A stretch of 64,000 nucleotides of DNA. It comes from an uncultured Spirochaetales bacterium (lineage in GTDB: Bacteria; Myxococcota_A; UBA9160; UBA6930). The stretch covers positions 3,788 to 67,787 of the forward strand of contig CAZCTH010000010.1 of assembly GCA_964501435.1 (NCBI GenBank). Reading direction: 5' to 3'. Shown one piece after another: positions 59,457-64,000 of the stretch. Below the pieces are notes generated by a model. The model was given only the letters and a program-made list of their open reading frames with translations, did not search any database and was not told the DNA's origin. Within the stretch, counting starts at the first letter, position 1; each line of letters begins with the position of its first letter. Position numbers and translations under genes: made by a program.

Positions 59457-61625
59457 TCACCCCTGGGCGCGCTTCCACTCCGCGTACTCGCACATCGCTG
59501 CGAGGGCCGCGATCGCGCGATGCGCGCTCGGGTAGCAAACGCGACCTTCTTCCTTCACGCCCACCGGCCCGCTGTTGCCGTAGTGGCGATCGGTATTCAC
59601 GAGCTCGGTGCACGTCAGCACGGGCTTGCCGTGCTTTTCGCTCACCTCGCGCGCCACCGTCGCGTAGCGCCGGTCCTGGCGCACGTGATAGTCGACGATG
59701 CGGTCGAGCCCGTGGCCCGGGTAGTACGGACCGGACTTGAAGGCGTTGGCCTGACCGGCTTGGATGCCGATGCCGAGGTGGATCATCGCGTCCACGTCGG
59801 GATGCGCGACGATCCAGTCCATCACCTGCGCGACGGTGTCGCGCGTCTCGCCGCCGGCGAGGTCGATCGGGTTGTTGCGGCTCCAGCGCGGCGGCACGAC
59901 GGTGTCGATCTTCGCCTTCAGGTCCTCGGGCAGCGGCATCAGCGTGAGGCCCGCTTGCGCGCAGGCGTCGGCGGCGAGCACGCCCCAGCCGCCGGCTGTC
60001 GTGAACACGATCGTGCGGCGACCGCGCGGCAGCGGCTGCGTCGCGAAGCTCGCCGCCCACTCGAAGGCGTGCTCGACGCTCGGCGCCCGAATCACGCCGT
60101 TCTGCTTCGCGACACCGTCGAACACGCGGTCGTCGCTCGCGAGCGCGCCGGTGTGGCTCGCCGCGGCGCGCTGGCCTTCCGCGGCCGCCCCGCCCTTCAC
60201 GAGCACGATCGGCTTGCGCTTCGACGTGGCGCGCAGCACGTCGGCGAAGCGGCGCCCGTCGCCCACGCTCTCGAGGTAGGCGAGCACCACGGCGGTGTCG
60301 GGGTCGACGCCGAAGTACTCGATGTAGTCGGCGAGGGTCGTCTGCGCGGAGTTGCCCGCGCTGATCGCCTTCGAGATGCCGACGCCCGTCTCCACCGCGT
60401 AATTGAGGAAGCTCGACACGAGATTGCCGCTCTGGCTCGCCACGCTCACGTGCCCGCGCGGCGGATACGGCGCCACGATCTGGGCGCACATCGACACCTC
60501 GGTCGAGATGACGCCCTGCCCGTTCGGGCCCGCCACGACCATGCCGAGGTCGTTCGCGAGCTTCACGAGCTCGGCCTCGGCCCGCTTGCCCTCGTCGCCC
60601 GCCTCGCCGTAGCCGGCGCTCGCGATGAACGCGGCCCGTACGCCGCGCGCGCGGCACGCCTTCAGCAGCTCGCCGTTGGTCTGCGCCGGCGTGCACACGA
60701 AGACGAGGTCCGCCGCGTCCTCCGGCACCTGCGCGACGTCGCGCAAGGTCGGCTGGCCGAGCACGTCCACGCCCTCGCGGTTCACCGGGAAGAGCTGCCC
60801 CTGATAACCGAAGCGCAGGAGGTTGTGGTAGGCGACGAAGCCGAACTTGCCCGGGTGCGACGAGACGCCGGCGACGACGACGCCGCGCGGGTTGAAGAGC
60901 CGCCCGAACTTCTCGCGCAGCGAGCGCTCGTCCAGCGGCGCCGCGGGCCGCGCGGCGGCTGCGGTCGCGGGCGCGTCCGCGAGCTCGACCAGCGCGTCCA
61001 CCGCCACGGGCTTGCCGGCCGCGATCAGCACGGGATTCAGGTCCACGCTCGCGACGTCGGGACGCTCCGCGCCGAGCTTGCCGAGCCCGACCAGCACGTC
61101 CGCGAGCTGCTCGAGATCGACGGCCGGCTCGCCACGCCAGGGCTTCACGTAGAGCGCGGCGCTGCGCAGCTTCGCGACGAGGCCCTTCGCTTCGGCGCGC
61201 GTGAGCGGCGCTGCGGCAAACACGACGTCGGAGAGTGCCTCGGCGGCGATGCCGCCGAGCCCGAGCAGCACGCACGGCCCGAACTGCGGATCGCGCACGA
61301 GTCCCGCGATCAGCTCGCGCTTGCCGCGCACCATCTCGGCCACGAGCAGCTGCACCGCGCCGTCCTCGGGGCGGACCTTCGCGAGCAACTCGCTCGCGGC
61401 CGCACGCACGGCGTCTTCGCTCGCGAGACCGAGCCGCACGAGGTCGCGCTCGGTCTTGTGGGCGATCGCGTCGCCGCACAGCTTCACCACGACCGGGAAG
61501 CCGATGCGCGCGGCTGCGGCAGCGGCGCCCGCGGCGTCGCCGGCCAGCTCCTCGCGGGAGACGGGCACGCCGTAGCGCGCGAGCAATTCCTTCGAAGCGT
61601 GCTCCGAGAGCGTGCGGGACGTCAC
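59457..61625 (-). CDS. ADP-forming acyl-CoA synthetase family (ATP-grasp first, then CoA-binding and ligase domains)
   Basis: SKELLARYGVP, HKTE, DPQFGP; GYQGQLFPVN, GPNGQG, SQSG, SHTG (phospho-His), NNPIDL. Confidence 0.88.
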   Translation of the reverse strand: MTSRTLSEHASKELLARYGVPVSREELAGDAAGAAAAAARIGFPVVVKLCGDAIAHKTERDLVRLGLASEDAVRAAASELLAKVRPEDGAVQLLVAEMVRGKRELIAGLVRDPQFGPCVLLGLGGIAAEALSDVVFAAAPLTRAEAKGLVAKLRSAALYVKPWRGEPAVDLEQLADVLVGLGKLGAERPDVASVDLNPVLIAAGKPVAVDALVELADAPATAAAARPAAPLDERSLREKFGRLFNPRGVVVAGVSSHPGKFGFVAYHNLLRFGYQGQLFPVNREGVDVLGQPTLRDVAQVPEDAADLVFVCTPAQTNGELLKACRARGVRAAFIASAGYGEAGDEGKRAEAELVKLANDLGMVVAGPNGQGVISTEVSMCAQIVAPYPPRGHVSVASQSGNLVSSFLNYAVETGVGISKAISAGNSAQTTLADYIEYFGVDPDTAVVLAYLESVGDGRRFADVLRATSKRKPIVLVKGGAAAEGQRAAASHTGALASDDRVFDGVAKQNGVIRAPSVEHAFEWAASFATQPLPRGRRTIVFTTAGGWGVLAADACAQAGLTLMPLPEDLKAKIDTVVPPRWSRNNPIDLAGGETRDTVAQVMDWIVAHPDVDAMIHLGIGIQAGQANAFKSGPYYPGHGLDRIVDYHVRQDRRYATVAREVSEKHGKPVLTCTELVNTDRHYGNSGPVGVKEEGRVCYPSAHRAIAALAAMCEYAEWKRAQG

Positions 61626-61744
61626 CGAACCTCCAGTCCGCGCGCGTCGCCGTGTCCACCGCGCGAAAGTCGCTAACTCTACGCGACCCCCCGGTCGATT
61701 TCATTGCACGGGCGCGCACATCGGCGCGCGCAGGGGGCGCATTC

Positions 61745-63202
61745 GTGGGCGAATTCCTGGGCCGGCTCGACGCGCTTTTCCAGCAGCTCGTCGTCGACAA
61801 CATCTCGGCCGTCATCTTCTTCGACCTCGCCTTCTGGGACGACGGCCAGCCGGGCGAGATCCAGTTGCCTGCCGTGGTTTGCTGGCTCGGGATGGCGGCA
61901 CTCTTCTTCACGCTGCGCTTCCGCTTCGTGAACGTGCGCGGCTTCAAGCACGGCACGGAGGTCGTCCGCGGCCTCTACACCCGCGCCGAGGACCAGGGCG
62001 AGATCTCCCCGTTCCAGGCGCTCTCGGCCGCGCTCTCCGCGACGGTCGGGCTCGGCAACATTGCCGGCGTCGCCACCGCGGTCGGCCTCGGCGGCCCGGG
62101 CGCCGTCTTCTGGATGGTGCTCGCCGGCGCGCTCGGCATGTCGTCGAAGTTCGCGGAGGTGACCCTCGCGCAGATGTATCGCGTGAAGCGCGTGGACGGG
62201 CACGTCTCCGGCGGCGGCATGCACTACCTGAAGACGGGCCTCGCGGAGCTCGGCTGGCCGCGCCTCGGCGCCGTGCTGTCGGTGGTGTTCGCCGTGATGT
62301 GCATCGGCGCGAGCTTCGGCGGCGGCAACATGTACCAGTCGAACCAGTCGTTCGCGCAGCTCGCGAACGTCGTGCCGGCCTTCGCCAGCACGGGCGGCGC
62401 CGTCGGCTTCGGCCTCTTCCTCGCAGCGCTCACCGGCCTCGTGATCATCGGCGGCATCAAGCGCATCGGCGACGTGGCCTCGGTGCTCGTGCCAGTGATG
62501 TGCGGCATCTACGTCGTCGCGGGCTTCGCGATCCTCGCGCTGCACTGGAGCGAGCTGCCGGCGGCCTTCGCGACGATCGTGCGCGGCGCGTTCGCGCCCG
62601 ACGCGGCCTTCGGCGGCTTCGTCGGCGTGCTCATCACGGGCTTCCGCCGCGCGAGCTTCTCGAACGAAGCGGGCTGCGGCTCGGCGCCGATCGCGCACTC
62701 CGCGGCGACCAGCGCGGAGCCCGTGCGCCAAGGCCTCGTGGCGCTGCTCGAGCCGTTCATCGACACCGTGATCGTGTGCCACATGACCGGGCTCGTCGTG
62801 GTCGTGACCGGCGCCTACGCGCACCCGGAGGCCGGCAGCGGCATCGCGATGACGTCGTGGGCCTTCGCGAGCGTGTTCCCGGGCTTCGAATACGTGCTCT
62901 CGCTGACCGCCTTCCTGTTCGCGTTCAGCACGATGATCTCCTGGAGCTATTACGGCGAGCAGTGCTGGGCGCACCTGTTCGGGGTGCGCTCGCTGCTCGC
63001 GTACAAGCTGACCTTCCTGTTCTTCACCTGGGCCGGCGCGGTGTTCGCCGCGAAGGCGGTGCTCGACTTCGGCGACCTGATGATCCTCGGCATGGCGTTC
63101 CCCAACCTCGTCGGCGTCGTGCTGCTCTCGGGCAAGATCGACGCCGCGGCGCGGGACTACTTCGCCCGCTTGCGCGCCGGGGCATTCCAGCGCGTGCGCT
63201 GA
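61745..63202 (+). CDS. Alanine/glycine:cation symporter (AGCS)
   Basis: ATVGLGNIAGVA, GGPGAVFWM, FSNEAG.GSAPIAH, EPFIDT, SWSYYGE. Confidence 0.93.
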   Translation: MGEFLGRLDALFQQLVVDNISAVIFFDLAFWDDGQPGEIQLPAVVCWLGMAALFFTLRFRFVNVRGFKHGTEVVRGLYTRAEDQGEISPFQALSAALSATVGLGNIAGVATAVGLGGPGAVFWMVLAGALGMSSKFAEVTLAQMYRVKRVDGHVSGGGMHYLKTGLAELGWPRLGAVLSVVFAVMCIGASFGGGNMYQSNQSFAQLANVVPAFASTGGAVGFGLFLAALTGLVIIGGIKRIGDVASVLVPVMCGIYVVAGFAILALHWSELPAAFATIVRGAFAPDAAFGGFVGVLITGFRRASFSNEAGCGSAPIAHSAATSAEPVRQGLVALLEPFIDTVIVCHMTGLVVVVTGAYAHPEAGSGIAMTSWAFASVFPGFEYVLSLTAFLFAFSTMISWSYYGEQCWAHLFGVRSLLAYKLTFLFFTWAGAVFAAKAVLDFGDLMILGMAFPNLVGVVLLSGKIDAAARDYFARLRAGAFQRVR

Positions 63203-63207
63203 CGCCG

Positions 63208-63229
63208 CCCCCGGCCTCGCGGCCGGGGG
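63208..63229. terminator. GC hairpin between convergent genes
   Basis: CCCCCGGCC-TCGC-GGCCGGGGG; no U-tract. Confidence 0.4.
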
Positions 63230-63238
63230 ACGGCTCGC

Positions 63239-63769
63239 TCACGGCGCCACTTCGAGCGCATCGCCGTCGCACACGACCCGGCGCAGCTCGGCGCTGCCGT
63301 TCACGCGCACCGCGCCGCGCTCGACCTCGCGCGCGAGGCGCGCGCGCGACCAGCCGAGCTCGCGGGCGAGCAAGCGGTCCCAGCGCGCGCCGCACGGCTC
63401 GGGCTGCACGATGCGCGCCCCGAACGGAGCGCCTTCCGGAACGGCGGCGCGCACGACGCGGTACGGCGTCTCCGCGCCGCGGCCCGCGGCGAAGGCGCAC
63501 GCGCGCACGAGGGCCGGCGCGTCCGCCTGATAACCGTCGAGTCGCTCGCGCGGAAGGGCGCTCGGCCGAACGCGCCGCTCGACGCGGTGCTTGTGCACGG
63601 CGTCGCAGACGGCGCAGCGATAGAGCAGCCAGACGTCGAGCGCCCCGCCGTTGGCGTTGACGCGGAAGCGCTCGGTGCAGGCGAAGGCGGAGAGGCGCGC
63701 GCAGCGCGCGCACGGGAGAGAGAGCGCGGGAAGCGCGAGCGCCTCCACGCGCCAGAGGGACTGAAGCAC
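63239..63769 (-). CDS. DUF1062-like Zn-finger protein
   Basis: CARC...FRVNANG..LDVWLLYRCAVC; RLDRLL-like RWDRLLA...SR. Confidence 0.8.
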   Translation of the reverse strand: MLQSLWRVEALALPALSLPCARCARLSAFACTERFRVNANGGALDVWLLYRCAVCDAVHKHRVERRVRPSALPRERLDGYQADAPALVRACAFAAGRGAETPYRVVRAAVPEGAPFGARIVQPEPCGARWDRLLARELGWSRARLAREVERGAVRVNGSAELRRVVCDGDALEVAP

Positions 63770-64000
63770 GGCCGGAACCCCTGGCGGGGCGCGCGCGTGC
63801 GCGCGAAAGCCGGCAGCGAGATGCGAGCGAGAGCCCGAGATCGGCGCGCTGCCGGACCTCGGGCGCCGCCACGCCCCGCGATCGTGCCCGCGGCGGCCCG
63901 GAGGCGGCGCGCGGGGCGGTGTGCGGACACACCGATTGCGTCGGAACGAAGTGGTGCGACGAAGTCCGGCTAGAGCGAGGGCGTCATGCGGAATGGGCTC

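Noticed and set aside
63986-64000. Start of another plus-strand gene (ATG after GAGGG)
   Set aside because: Only five codons lie inside the window, so it cannot be supported.

Overview
Very GC-rich, gene-dense 64 kb chromosomal segment of a diderm bacterium. A Myxococcota/deltaproteobacteria-like origin is inferred only from gene content (DUF1302/DUF1329, sigma-54 systems, lipoproteins, outer-membrane barrels). About 53 CDS are supported. No rRNA, tRNA, CRISPR array, transposase or phage gene was recognised. Housekeeping genes (topB, udp-like, hisS, speA, xth, argG, phoD) are interleaved with signalling modules and an acyl-CoA/detoxification region. Main candidates for a second look: (1) a translationally coupled TetR-MFP-RND operon ending in a DUF455-type ferritin-like diiron protein plus a ligand-depleted paralogue (PaaA/PaaC-like logic), inside an 11 kb minus-strand run that also holds an active/inactive class III CoA-transferase pair, a YncG-like GST with a basic tail and an MFS transporter; (2) a sensor kinase/sigma-54 activator pair divergent from a barrel + small PstS-like protein, followed by a sigma-54 motif before an orphan Cys-rich secreted protein; (3) an Ltp2-like Cys-less thiolase-fold enzyme and its DUF35 partner separated by a perfect 21-bp inverted repeat; (4) three REP-like GGGGTCWGACCCC palindromes bracketing a two-component system; (5) a tandem pair of tiny His/Met helical-hairpin exported proteins. 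All family names come from motif recognition by eye; no database search was run, and start codons are best estimates.
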